A stretch of 64,000 bases of DNA. Origin: Chiloscyllium plagiosum (Eukaryota). Position 1 is the stretch's first letter, and each line of letters opens with the position of its first letter. The stretch covers positions 70,229,382 to 70,293,381 of the forward strand of contig NC_057718.1 in the NCBI RefSeq assembly GCF_004010195.1. The letters are read 5' to 3'. The notes below the pieces were generated by a model. The model searched no databases and had not been told where the DNA came from. It saw nothing but the letters and a program-made list of their open reading frames with translations. The position numbers were made by a program, and so were the translations under genes. Positions 52,269 through 64,000 of the stretch are shown here, in pieces.

Positions 52269-52567
52269 CTAGATAGACTAGAACCAAAGACGGCTAGGAA
52301 AATCTGTAGCTGAATAAATGGCTTAACTTCAAAGAAAACATTTGTTTGGGGTCTTAAAGTGCATTTACATGTGGAAGGAGGATTGTGGCTCATGTATTAG
52401 ACAAGCACTTTGCATTTGTACCTAGAAAGCACATGCTACCCATACCATGGTGACAGGGAAGGGAATTTAGTCAGCAGAAGAGTTCAAAATTGATAACGGG
52501 AGATATAGCATAAAGTGTCAGCACTTGTGTTGACATTGTATTAGGACCAGTTGAGATGTATTTAAGC

Positions 52568-52787
52568 ACACAGATCATTTTGCTATAGTGTGCATTTTTG
52601 TTAATGTGAATTCGCTGTAATGCAATTGAATTGGGGACACTGTTTCTAAATTGCGAACTTCTAAAACATGTATTGGCAGTACTGTGAATACATCACCAAC
52701 ACTTTATGCACTTTTTGTAAAGCATGATTTTTCTATAATGCGGGGTTGCACAAGCATTCATCCATCGTTACAAAAGAACTACTTGTA
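52568..52787. mobile_element. Possible Tc1/mariner-type MITE relic inside old CR1 remnants
   Basis: Imperfect terminal inverted repeats (cagatcattttgctatag / cgttacaaaagaactacttgta). Confidence 0.4.
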
Positions 52788-53274
52788 CTAAAGAAAATTA
52801 GTGGGAATTGTGAAGCCAATGACCATAATTTTTCACCCTTAGCTTTAGGTGGTGCCAGAAAATCAGAGAATTGCAAACATTTCACCCTCGTTCAAAAAGG
52901 TGCAGGGACAAGCCTTGCAATTACTAATACAGACTAGTCAGTTTAACTCAGTGGTTGGGAATCTTCCAGAAATTGTTCAGGATAGAATTAAGAGTCATGT
53001 GGACAAAACAAAAGGCAAATAGTGTTTACTAAGTTGCTGGATTTTTTTTGAGGAGATTACTGAAGGTAATGCTGTTGTTGAGGTGTATGTAGACTTTGAA
53101 AAGTGACAGGTTTGTGGACACATTTAGAGCCGCATCAAATAAAAGGGACAGCAGCAGCAGCATGAAAAGAACATTGGCTGAGGTAATGGATATTTTCTGA
53201 GCTGTAGGAAGGCTTGAAGTGAAGGTCCCTAGAAATCAATATTGGGTTCTTTTTTGCTTTTCCTGATAGGATCT

Positions 53275-54090
53275 AATTATCTACACCTACATGTACCACC
53301 AGGGATAAATTTCCCTCCTCACCCCTATTAGTGAATCCCGTGTCAGACCCAACCCTCCCCTTCACCCAAGCCCTCACCCCACTCCTGGCAGCTTCCCCTG
53401 CCACCGCAGGAAGTGCAAAACCTGTACCAACACCTCCCTCCTCACCTCCATCCAAGGCCCCAAAAGATCCCTTCACTCAGACAGAAATTTACCTGTACTT
53501 CCACAAAGGTCATCTGCTGTATCCTTTGCACCTGAGGTGGTCTCCTCTACATTGGGGAGACAGGACGCGAACTTGCAGAATCGTTTCAGAGAACTTATCT
53601 GGGATACCTGCACCAACTAATGCCACCAACCCATAGCTGAACAGTTCAACTCCCCCTCCCACTCCACCAAGGATATGCAGGCTTCCTTCATCACCAAACC
53701 CTAACCTGTGGGAAGAGCTTCTCATCTTCCATCTTGGGATCCTGCAACCACACAACTAATGTGGTTTTCTCCAGTTTCTTTTCCCCTTTTCCCCCCCCCA
53801 CACCCCCATCTTATCCCAGTCCAAGCCTCCAACTCAGCACCGCCCTCTTGACCTGTCAATCATCTTTCCTATCTATCTGCTCCACCCTCCTCCCTGACTT
53901 TTCCCCCCACCTTCATCTACCTATTGCATTCTCACCTCCCACTCCCCCACCCACACTCCCATCCCACTTATCTCTCAGCCTCCCGGCCCACAAGCCTCAT
54001 TCCTGATGAAGGGCCTATGCCCAAAATATCGATTCTCCTGCTCCTCGGATGCTGTCTGACCTGCTGTTCTTTTCCAGCACCATACTCTCG
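53275..54090 (+). mobile_element. Penelope-like 3' fragment (GIY-YIG plus terminal repeat)
   Basis: FPCHRRKCKTC..LLYIGETGRxL..RFRE and LIFHLGILQP remnants. Confidence 0.75.
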
Positions 54091-54204
54091 ACCACATGTA
54101 ACAGAGACAATTCCAATTGTGGACTATACAGATAAAGCTGAAGCATTGGTAACAATCTTCAGCCAAAAGTGTCAAATAGATAATCCATCTCAACCCCCTC
54201 CATT

Positions 54205-54477
54205 GAATCATAGAAACCCTATAACATGGAGGCAGGCCATTCAGCCCATTGAGTCCACCACACCTTCTGAAGAGCATTCCTCGCAGACCACTCCCTCCCC
54301 TCGCCCTGTAACCCTGCATTTCCCATGGCCAAAGCACCTAGTCTGCACATCTTTGGACTGTGGGAGGAAATCCACGCAGACCCATGGAGTGAATGTGCAA
54401 ACACCACACAGCCACCTGAGGGTGGAATTGAACCCCGGTCCCCAGTACTGTGAGGCAGTAGTGCTAACCACTGTGCA
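54205..54477 (-). mobile_element. HE1-like SINE
   Basis: Consensus on the minus strand. Confidence 0.8.
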
Positions 54478-54889
54478 TCCCTACATGTCCCCTTTATCAC
54501 ATACCAATCTTTGGCCAATCAATTCACTTCATGTTGGTGGCATTGGATATTGCACAAGCTAAGGAAACTGACAACATTGCAGCTGTATTGTTGAAGACTA
54601 GAAATTTCTGTGCTCCTAGTCAAGCTGTTCCAATATAGCTACAACAGAGTATAAAATTGTCCAGTATGTCTCGTACACAAACAGGAAAACTCCAACCTGG
54701 CAATTACCACTCCATCGGTCTACTCTTGATGATCAGTAAAGTGATAGAAGGTATCAATCACAGTGCTATCATGTGCCACTTAGTTAGCAATAACCTGCTC
54801 ACTGGCATTCTTTTTGAATTCTGCAAGGGCCACTGAATTCCAGAGATGAGACGCAGAGTTTCCTTGTGGCTATCTCCCTTTTTAACAGA

Positions 54890-57800
54890 TAAATGGTTTT
54901 TGGTACAGATGGGGGAGATGGCTGTGCAGGGAAACCAGTGGCAGCCAACTTTATGTCACCAGGGCTATGCCTGTTCTACAAGAGAAGAGGAAGAAGAACA
55001 GCAGGGCTATAGTGGTAGGGGATTCAGGTGTAAGAGGAACAGTTGGGTGTTTCTGCATCTGCAAAAGAGACTCCAGGATGATATGTTGCCTCCCTGATGC
55101 CAATGTCAGGGATGTCACTGGCTGCAGGGCATTCTGAAAGGGAGGGGCAAAAAGACAGATCATGGTTCATACTGATATCAACAACATAGGAAAAGGGATG
55201 AGGTTCTCTAAGCAGAATTTAGTGAACTAGAAAGCATATTTAGTGAACTAGAGCAGGACCCAAAATGTAGTAATTTCTGGATTAATTCCAGTGCCACAAG
55301 CGAGTGAGTGTAGGAATAGGAGGTTACTCCAGATGATTGCATGGCTGCAGGAGGGAGAGATTTCAATTTCTGGGACTTCGGGATGTTTTTTATAGGTGTG
55401 GCACCTGAACCTAAATGGGAACACCATCCTCATGGGTCAGGTTTGCTAGTATTGTCGGGCAGGTTTTAAACTAACTTGGCAGGGGTGGGTGGGATCCACA
55501 GAATGTTCAGCAGGAGAAGCCAAAATTAGAAGTGTCAACAAGTAAGTCAGGAAGGCATAGATATTATAGACCAGTTAAGACACAAGGTATTTATCTTTAA
55601 TGCATGGAGTCTGACAAACAAGGCCGATGAGTTGAGGGCCCAAATTAAAATATGGGAGTATGATATCATTGCTGTCACTGTAACATGCTTGAGAGAGGGG
55701 CAGGACTGGCAGCTAAACATTCCAGGATACAGGATCATGAGGTAAGATAGGGAAGAAGACAAAGGAGGGAGTGTTACAGTTTTGATCAGGGTATCTATTA
55801 CAGTAATAAAGAAGGATGAGATCTTCAGCTCCTCAAGTGAAGCCATATATGTAGTGGACAATGAAGAAAGTTATCTCCGAGTACAGCAGGATCTTGATCA
55901 GATGGGCCCGTGGACCGAGGAGTGGCAGATGGAAGTTAATTTAGACAAATTAATTTATCTAAATTAAAGGCGATTCCAGCCTTTAATAGTCGACTGTTTG
56001 AGTGGAGTTTGCACATTCTCCCCATGTCTGCTTGGGTTTCCTCTGGGTGCTCTGGTTTCCTCCCACAATCCAAAAATGAGCAGGTTAGATGAATTGGCAA
56101 TGTTAAATTGCCCATAGTGTTCAGGGATGTGTAGGTTAGCTGCATTGGTCATGGGTAAATGTAGAATAATAAGGTAGGGGAATGGGTCTGGGTGAGTTGC
56201 TCTTCAGAGAGTCAGTGTGGACTTGTTGGACCAAATGGCCTGTTTCCACACTGTAGGGATTCTATGATTCTATAAAATGTGAGGTGCTGCATTTTGGAGA
56301 GGCAAATCAGGGAAAAGGATTTATACGCTCAATGGTAAGGTCCTCAATGGGGATTGTTGCTGAACAAAGAGTGCAGGTTCATAGTTCCTTGAAAGTGGAG
56401 TTGCAGGTAGAAAGGATAGTGAAGAAGGTATTTAGTATGCTTTTCTTTATTTGTCAGAGCTTTGAGTATAGGAGTTAGGAGGTCATGTTGCAGCTGTACA
56501 AGACATTGGTTAGGCCACTTTTAAAATACTGTGTGCAATTGTGGTTTCCTGCTATAGGAAGGATATTGTGAAACTTGAAAGCGTTCAATAAAGATTTACA
56601 AGGATGTTGCAGAATTGGAGGGCTTGAGCTATAGGGAGAGGCTCAATAGGCTGGCTCTATTTTCCCTGGACCATTGGAGGTTGAGGGGTGACCTTTAGAG
56701 GTTTATAAAATCATGAGGTGGATGGATAGCGTAAATAGACAAGGCTTTTTCCCTGGGTTGGGGGAGTCCAGAATTAGAGGGCGAAGGTTTGGGGTGAAAA
56801 GGGAAGGATTTAAAAGGGACCTAAGGGTCAACTTTTTCACGCAGAGGGTGGTACGTGTATGGAATGAGCTGCCAGAGGAAGTGGTGGAGGATGATACCCA
56901 TCCAGATGCCTTTTGAATAGTGTAATTGTATGTGAATAAGAAGGATATGGATCAAGTGCTGACAAATGAGACTAGATTAATTTAGGATATCTGGTCAGCA
57001 TTGACAAGTTGGACAGTAACGTCTGTTTCCATGCTGTACATCTGAGTAGAACTTAAAAATCAAAATGAAGCATCCACACTGCTGGGAGCATGCAATTGGT
57101 CCACTAATAGTCCAAGAGAAATAGAAAGAATTTTGGGAAAATGTAAAGATAATAGGGTAGTGATTGGGGATTTTAACCAGGTTAGTCATTGATTAGAGGT
57201 AGTAGAATTTTAAATGCATCCAGCACAGCTTTTTAAGCCAGCACATAGAAGATCCTACAAGCGAGGGGGTGGTCCTGGACTTCATTTTAGGTAACGAAGC
57301 TGGGCAAGTAGTTGACTTATCAGTGAGAACATTTTGCAAACAGGGATCATAACTCAGTTAGAGTCAAAACTACCCCAGCAAAGGGCAAGAATGGGCCTGA
57401 AATCCAAATTCTCAACTGGGGGAGGGCTGATTTTAGTACAGTCACATGATTTAGCCAGAGTGGATTGGGAGCAGATATTTTCAGATGAGTCTGTCTCAGA
57501 ACAGTGGGATGCATTCAAGGAGGAAATATGGAGAGAATAGCCAACACGTTCCAACAAAAAAAAATGGTGTAACAATCAAATCACATGAACCCTGAATATC
57601 AAAGGTTATACAGGTTAAGAAAAAAAACAGATCCTCATAGCAGATACTAAGGCTCAAAATTGCAGAAGCCCTATAGGAGTATAGAATGTGCAAAAAAGAG
57701 CTTAAAAGGGAAATTGAGAGAGCTGAAAGGGGATATGAAAGGATAATAAAGGAAAATTCTAGGTTATTTTACAGGTACCATAAAGGTAAAACAATAATGT

Positions 57801-58000
57801 GGGAATGAGTGCAGCACATTAAGGATCACAGCAGTAATTTGTTGGAGCTAGAGGACATAGTTGGGGTTCTAAGTGAGTACTTTATGTCAGTGTTCACAGG
57901 TGAGAGGGATGATATAGATATAGAATTCAGGTGTTTGATATATTTAAAAGAAAGGCATTGAGTAATCTGGCAATCTTAAAAGTAAATATCCCTAATTGTC
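54890..58000 (+). mobile_element. Cluster of CR1-like fragments (ORF1 esterase-like, APE, RT, 3' end) with SINE at ~55975-56272
   Basis: IVVGDS..CCLP.A, FNAxSLTNKADEL, NFFTQRVVRVWNELP motifs. Confidence 0.75.
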
Positions 58001-58009
58001 CAGGATGCA

Positions 58010-58220
58010 GAAAAGGGTCACCCTGGAGGGTCCAGAGTCACATGTAAGCCAGACCAGGTAAGGATGGCAGTTTTCTTTTCTAAAGGACATTTGTGAACAA
58101 TGTGGGGTTTTTTCAGCAATCAACAGTGCATTTTTTTCTTCATTAAACTCTTAATTCCAGATATTTATTGAATTAAAATTCCACCATCTGCTGTGGTGGG
58201 ATATGAACCCAAGTCCACCA
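58010..58220 (-). mobile_element. Second tRNA-SINE family fragment
   Basis: gtcacatgtaagccagaccaggtaaggatggcag...ttccaccatctgc...gaaccc. Confidence 0.5.
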
Positions 58221-58339
58221 TTAGAGGGAATGTGAGGAAAAGCTTTCTCACCCAGAGGTTGGTGGGAATCTGGAATTCACTAAGAGTGGTAGAGACAGAA
58301 ACCCAAAACATTCATGAAGTATATATTTAGAAGAGCACT

Positions 58340-60440
58340 AGTGAGATAGAATAGCGCCAGAAGATTGGAGGAAAGCAAATGTTCCCTTATTCAAGAAGGG
58401 GAGTAAAGACAACCTGTAATTATAGACCAGTGAACCTTACTTCGGTTGTGAGTAAAGTATTGGAAAAGGTTATAAGAGATAGGATTTATAATCAGTAAAA
58501 GAATAAGCTGATTAGGGATAGTCAACACGGTTTTGTGAAGGGTAGGTCATGCCTCCCAAACCTTACTGAGTTCTTTGAGAAGGTGCCAAACAGGTGGATG
58601 GAGGTAAAGCAGTTGATGTGATGTGTATGGATTTCAGTGAGGCATTTGATAAGGTTCTGCATGGTAGGCTATAGCACAAAATATAGAGGCATGGGACTGA
58701 GGGTGATATAGCGGTTTGGATCAGAAATTGGCTAGCTGAAAGAAGACAGAGGGTGGTGGTTGATGGGAAATGTTCATCCTGGAGTTCAGTTACTCGTGGT
58801 GTACTGCAAAGATCTGTTTTGGGTCCACTACTATTAGTCATTTTAGACTGGATGAGGGATTAGAGGATGGATTAGTAAATTTGCAGATGACATTAAGGTC
58901 AGTAGAGTTGTACGTAGTGTCGAAGGATGTTATAGGTTACAGAGGAACAAAGATAAGCTGCAGAGCTGGGCTGAGAGGTGGCAAATGCATTTTAATGTGG
59001 AAAAGTGTGAGGTGATTCATTTGGGAAGGAGCAACAGGAATGCAGAATACTGAGCTAACAGTAAGATTCTTTGTGGTGTAGATGAGCAGAGGTATCTCTG
59101 TGTCCGTATAGATAGATCTCTGAAAGTTGCCACCCAAACAGAAGGCATATGGTGTGTTAGCTTTGGTTGGTAGAGGGATCGAGTTTCAGAACCATGAGGT
59201 CATGCTGTAGCTCTACAAAACTGGTGCGGCCACACTTAGAGTGTTGTGTACAGTTCAGGTCACCGCATTATAAAAGGATAGAACATACAAGATTACAGCA
59301 CAGTACAGGCCCTACAACCCTTGATGTTGTGCCGATCTGTGAAACCAATCTGAAGCCCATCACACATACACAATGTGTGGAAGCTTTGATTAGATTACTC
59401 AGTGTGGAAACAGGCCCTTCGGCCCAACAAGTCCACACTGACCCACCGAAGAGCAACCCACACAGACCCATTCCCCTACACCTAACACTACGGACAATTT
59501 AGCATGGCCAATTCACCTAACCTGCACGTTTTTGGACTGTGGGAGGGGTTAAACCGGAGCACCCGGAGGCGGCACGGTGGCCCAGTGGTTAGCACTGCTG
59601 CCTCACAGCGCCAGAGACCCAGGTTCAATTCCCGCCTCAGGCGACTGACTGGAGTTTGCACATTCTCCCAGTGTCTGCGTGGGTTTCCTCCCACAGTCCA
59701 AAGTCCTCCCACAGTCCAAAGATGTGCAGGTCAGGTGAATTGGCCATACTAAATTGCCCGTAGTGTTAGGTAAGGGGTAAATGAAGGGGTATGGGTGGGT
59801 TGCGCTTCGGAGGATCGGTGTGGATTTGTTGGGCTGAAGGGCCTGTTTCCACACTGTAATGTAATCTAATCTAAAGAAACCCACGCAGACTTAGGGAGAA
59901 TGTGCAAACTCCACACAGACAGTTGCCTGAGGTGAGAATTGAACCCGGGTCTCTGGTGCTGTGAGGCAGCACTGCTAACCACTGTGCCTTTGGAAAGGGT
60001 CAGAGGATATTTACTATGATGTTGCCTGGTATGGAGGGAAGTTCTTATGAGGAAAGGCTGAGGGACTTGAGGCTGTTTTCGTTAGAATGAAGAAGGTTGA
60101 GAGGTGACTTAATTGAGACATAAATCATAAGGTTAGATAGGGTGCACAGTAGAGCCTTTTTCCTCCGATGATGATGGCTAGCATGAGGGGGCATAGCTTG
60201 AAATTGAGGCGTGATGGATATAGGACAGATTTCTTTACTCATACAGTAGTAGGGGCATGGAAAGCTTTGCCTGCAACTGTAGCAGACTCATCAACTTTAA
60301 GGGCATTTAAACAGTAATTGGATGGACGTTTGGATGAAAATGGAATAATGTAGATTACATTGGCTTCAGATTGGTTTCACAGGTCGGTGCAACATCAAGG
60401 GCTGAAGGGCCTGCACTGCGCTGTAATGTTCTATGTTCCA
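58340..60440 (+). mobile_element. CR1-like LINE RT and 3' end with nested insertions at 59279-59987
   Basis: NYRPVNLTSVV, QHGFVKGRSC, KFADD, LVRPHLE; atgttct tail. Confidence 0.85.
59388..59987 (-). mobile_element. HE1-like SINE with a second SINE nested in opposite orientation (59568-59873, +)
   Basis: Outer copy split at acccggag|gaaacccacgcag. Confidence 0.85.
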
Positions 60441-61550
60441 TAGGGCTATGGAGGAGGTGCTGTAAAATGAGATTCAACAGTTAAGTTGTTGATTTTGAAA
60501 GGCACAGACATGATGGGTTGAAGGGCCTCTCTGTGCTGTCGATCTCTGACTGAGGTGGATATGAATGCCCTTGACATCAAGGAACTCTAGCAAAACTGGA
60601 GCCAGTAGGAATTGATTCTGCATTAGTTGAATCATACTTCGCACAAAAGAAAATGTGATGTTTGGATGGTCAGTCATCTTTGCTGTAGAACATCTCTGCA
60701 GGAGTCCCTCAGGGTAATTTCCTTGGCTGAATCATTTTCAACTGCTTCACCAATGATGTTCTGTCCATGATAATGTCAGAAGTAGGGATGTGCAATCAGC
60801 AACAAACTGTTCAGCACCATTCATTACTCCTCAGATATTAAAGAATCTCATGCTTAATGGTAATAAGATCTGGTCAGTATCTGTGTTTGACTGACAAGTA
60901 TGTTTGAACCTCCAATGATTTTTCATTATTTTTACTTTATTGATTAATCAATTTTTGGTTTGGAGCTGTGAACTGACCTTTGGACTGTGGGCTGTGAGCA
61001 GCAGCTAGTGGTGGTGGTTGGGGGGAGTAGGTGGGGAGCGGCCATGCTAAATTGCATAGTGTCCGGGGATGTGTAGACGAGGTAGGTTAGTCCTCAAAAA
61101 TGCAGGGTTGCAGAGATAAGGGTCTTGGTCTGGGTGGCATGCTCATGAGTATTGCTGAAACCTCCTCAGTGAACTGAAAATCTGGTCTTTATTGACATCT
61201 CCAGAAAATCAGTCAAGAAGCAATAATATATACCTTGAAACAATGCAAAATAAAAGCCACTTAAGTAATTTGACCAATTTGATTATTTTCTTTAATTGTT
61301 CCTTAACTATTTGGTTGTGTGCCTTTTGTATGAATGAGACTGAAAACAAAAGTTATAAGTTTAAATCAGACATCAGTTAGATTACTTTGGGGTGAGCTAC
61401 TGACTGGAATCTAATCAAGGGGTTTGGGGTGGTTCATGTTTGGAATAATAGATAAATGGAAGTTAGTCGCAGATTGGAATTTTATCGATGGGCTTGGAGT
61501 ATTTATTTACAGAAGAACAGTTACTCATGAATGAGGTACAGACTGGAATG

Positions 61551-61860
61551 TAGATTAGATTAGATTACTTAGTGTGGAAACAGGCCCTTCGGCCCAACAA
61601 GTCCACACCGACCCGCCGAAGTGCAACCCACCCAGACCCATTCCCCTACATTTACCCCTTCACCTAACACTACGGACAATTTAACTTGGCCAATTCACTT
61701 AACCTGCATGTGGGAGGAAACCGGAGCACCCGGAGGAAACCCACGCAGACACGGGGAGAACATGCAAACTCCACACAGAGAGTCGCCTGAGGCGGGAATT
61801 GAACCCGGGTCTCTGGCGCTGTGAGGCAGCAGTGCTAACCACTGTGCCACTGTGCTGCCC
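61551..61860 (-). mobile_element. HE1-like SINE (young)
   Basis: Full consensus on the minus strand. Confidence 0.9.
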
Positions 61861-62039
61861 TTTTTTTTTTGTTCCCTGTTACAGAATGTAATTGAGGTGC
61901 TTTTTATATAGAATAACTGATAACTCAATACTCTCTCTCTCTCTCCTGCAAAATCTCAGTATTTCTCTCTCTGTGTCCTGTAAAATCTCTCAATTTCTCT
62001 CTCCCTCCCGTGTACAATCTCACTATCTCCCTCTCTATA

Positions 62040-64000
62040 CAGGAAGGGAAAAGGATGAGATTCTGATGGGAGAATATAGAAAGGTAGGCAGGAATTTAAA
62101 AAGGAGGTCGTCAAGGGTAGTAATATCTGGATTACTCCCAGTGCTACGAGCTAGTGAGGGTAGGAATAGGAGGATAGAGCAGATGAATGCGTGACTGAGG
62201 AGCTGGTGCAGGGGAGAAGGGTTCACAGTTTCGGATCATTGGAATCTCTCTTCTGGGGTGGAAGTGACATGTACAGGAAGGACGAATTGTACCTGAATTG
62301 GAAGGCGACTCAAAATCTGGCAGGGAGGTTTGCTAGAGCTGCTCGAAGGATTTAAACTAGTAAGGTGGAGGGGTGGGACCCAGTTGAGAGCGAGTCAAAC
62401 AGTCAGGGCAGGCAGAAACAAAGCAGAGAACAAGGTAGGACTGATAAACTAAACTGCATTTACTTCAATGCAAGAGGTCTAACAGGGAAGGCAGGCGAAC
62501 TCAGAGCATGATTAGGAACATGGGACTGGGATATCATAGCAATTACAAAAACATGGCTCAGGGATGGACAGGACTGGCGGCTTAAATGTTCCAGGGCACA
62601 AATGCTATAGGAAAGATAGAAAGGGGGTCAAGAGAAGAGGGAGAGTAGCATTTTGATAGCATTACTGCTGTACGTAGGATATCCCTAGGAATACCTCCGG
62701 GAAAGTAATTTGGCTAGAACTGAGAAATAAGAAAGGGATGATCACCTTATTGAGATTGTATTTTAGATCCCATAATAGTCAATGGGAAATTGAGAAACAA
62801 ATTTGTAAGGAGATTTCAGTTATCGCAAGAATAATAGGGTGGTTATGGTAGGGGATTTTAACTTTTCAAATATAGACTGAGACTGTTATATTGTTAAGGG
62901 TTTAGATTAGATTCCCTACAGTATGGAAACAGGCCCTTTGGCCCAACAAGTCCACACCAACCCTCCAAAGAGTAACCCACCCAGACTCATTCCCCATATT
63001 TACCCCTGACTAATGCACCTAACACTATTCACCTGACCTGCACATCTTTGGATTGTGGGAGGAAACCGGAGCAAACCCACACAGACACGGGGAGAATGTG
63101 CAAACTCCACACGGTCACCCCAGGCGAAAATTGAACCCGAGTCCCTGGTGCTGTGAGGCAGCAGTCCAAACCACTGAGCCACCGTGCTGCCCCAGATGGA
63201 GAGGAATTTGTGAATTATGTAAAAGAAATTTACTAATTCTGTGTATGTACCTACTAGAGAAAGGGCAAAACTGGTGCAACTGGACCTATTTTTGGGAATT
63301 AAGGCAGGGCAGGTGACTGAGGTATCAGCGGGGTAACATTTTGGGGCCAATGACCGTGATTCTGTTAGTTTTAAGATAGTGATGGAAAAAGAGAAACCAG
63401 ATCTAAAATTGTAGGAAGGCTAATTTTGACATTATAGACAGGTATAGACAGGAGAGATTGAGTGAATCCTTAGAGTATAAAGGCAGTAGGAGTGTATTTA
63501 AATGGGAAATCAGGAGGGTGCAAAGGGGACATGAGATAGCTTTGACAAATAGGGTTATGGTGAATCCAAAGGATTTTTATAAATGCATTAAGGGCAAAAG
63601 GGTAACTACGGAGAGAATAGAGCCCCTCAAAGATCAGCAAGGTAGCCCAAGTATGAAGCTATAGGAGATGTTGGTGTTAATAAATGAGTATTTTGCATCA
63701 ATGTTTACTGTGGAAAAGGACATGGAAGATATAGGATGTGGAGAAATAGCTGGTCACATCTTGAAAGATGTCCATATTACGGAGGAGGTAGTACTGGATG
63801 TCTTGAAATGCATAAAAGTGGATAAATCCCCAGGACCTGATCAGGTATACCCTAGAACTCTGTGAGAAGCTAGAAAAGTGATTGCTGGGCCTCTTGCTGA
63901 GATATTTATATCATCGATAGTCACAGGTGAGATGCTGAAAGACTGGAAGTTGGCTAATGTGGTACCACTATTTAAGGAAGGTGGTAAGGAAAAGCCAAGG
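62040..64000 (+). mobile_element. CR1-like LINE (ORF1 end, APE, linker) with SINE at 62903-63192 (-)
   Basis: RVVISGLLPV..RNRRIEQMNA, CIYFNAR, MVGDFNF, DKSPGPD motifs. Confidence 0.85.

Noticed and set aside
53924..54562. 212-aa ORF as a gene
   Set aside because: Chance read-through across Penelope, LINE and SINE fragments.
46590..64000. RSPH3 exon 3
   Set aside because: No sequence resembling the expected next conserved segment was found; it probably lies beyond the window.

Overview
Eukaryotic, repeat-dense vertebrate DNA, most likely from a cartilaginous fish (shark), judged by its HE1-type tRNA SINEs, HER1/CR1 LINEs and Penelope-like elements. Almost all ORFs in the supplied track are degenerate retroelement pieces. 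One host gene is recognisable: the 5' part of RSPH3 on the + strand (exon 1 CDS 38011-38114, exon 2 46505-46589, compatible phases), with RFX X-box motifs in its promoter. Two decayed Gypsy LTR elements lie upstream. The most striking structure is in the 3' LTR of the second Gypsy, which is split by about 6.7 kb holding about 20 head-to-tail insertions. Most are 3' ends of a Tx1-clade (L1-group) non-LTR retrotransposon, and each is followed by an A-rich tail and a regenerated copy of the LTR motif ATAAACAGGAG. This looks like a sequence-specific retrotransposon that targets another retrotransposon's LTR. Several short Penelope-like insertions form long fold-backs with about 14-bp target duplications and carry minimal hammerhead-ribozyme cores. 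Coordinates were read by eye; repeat boundaries are approximate.
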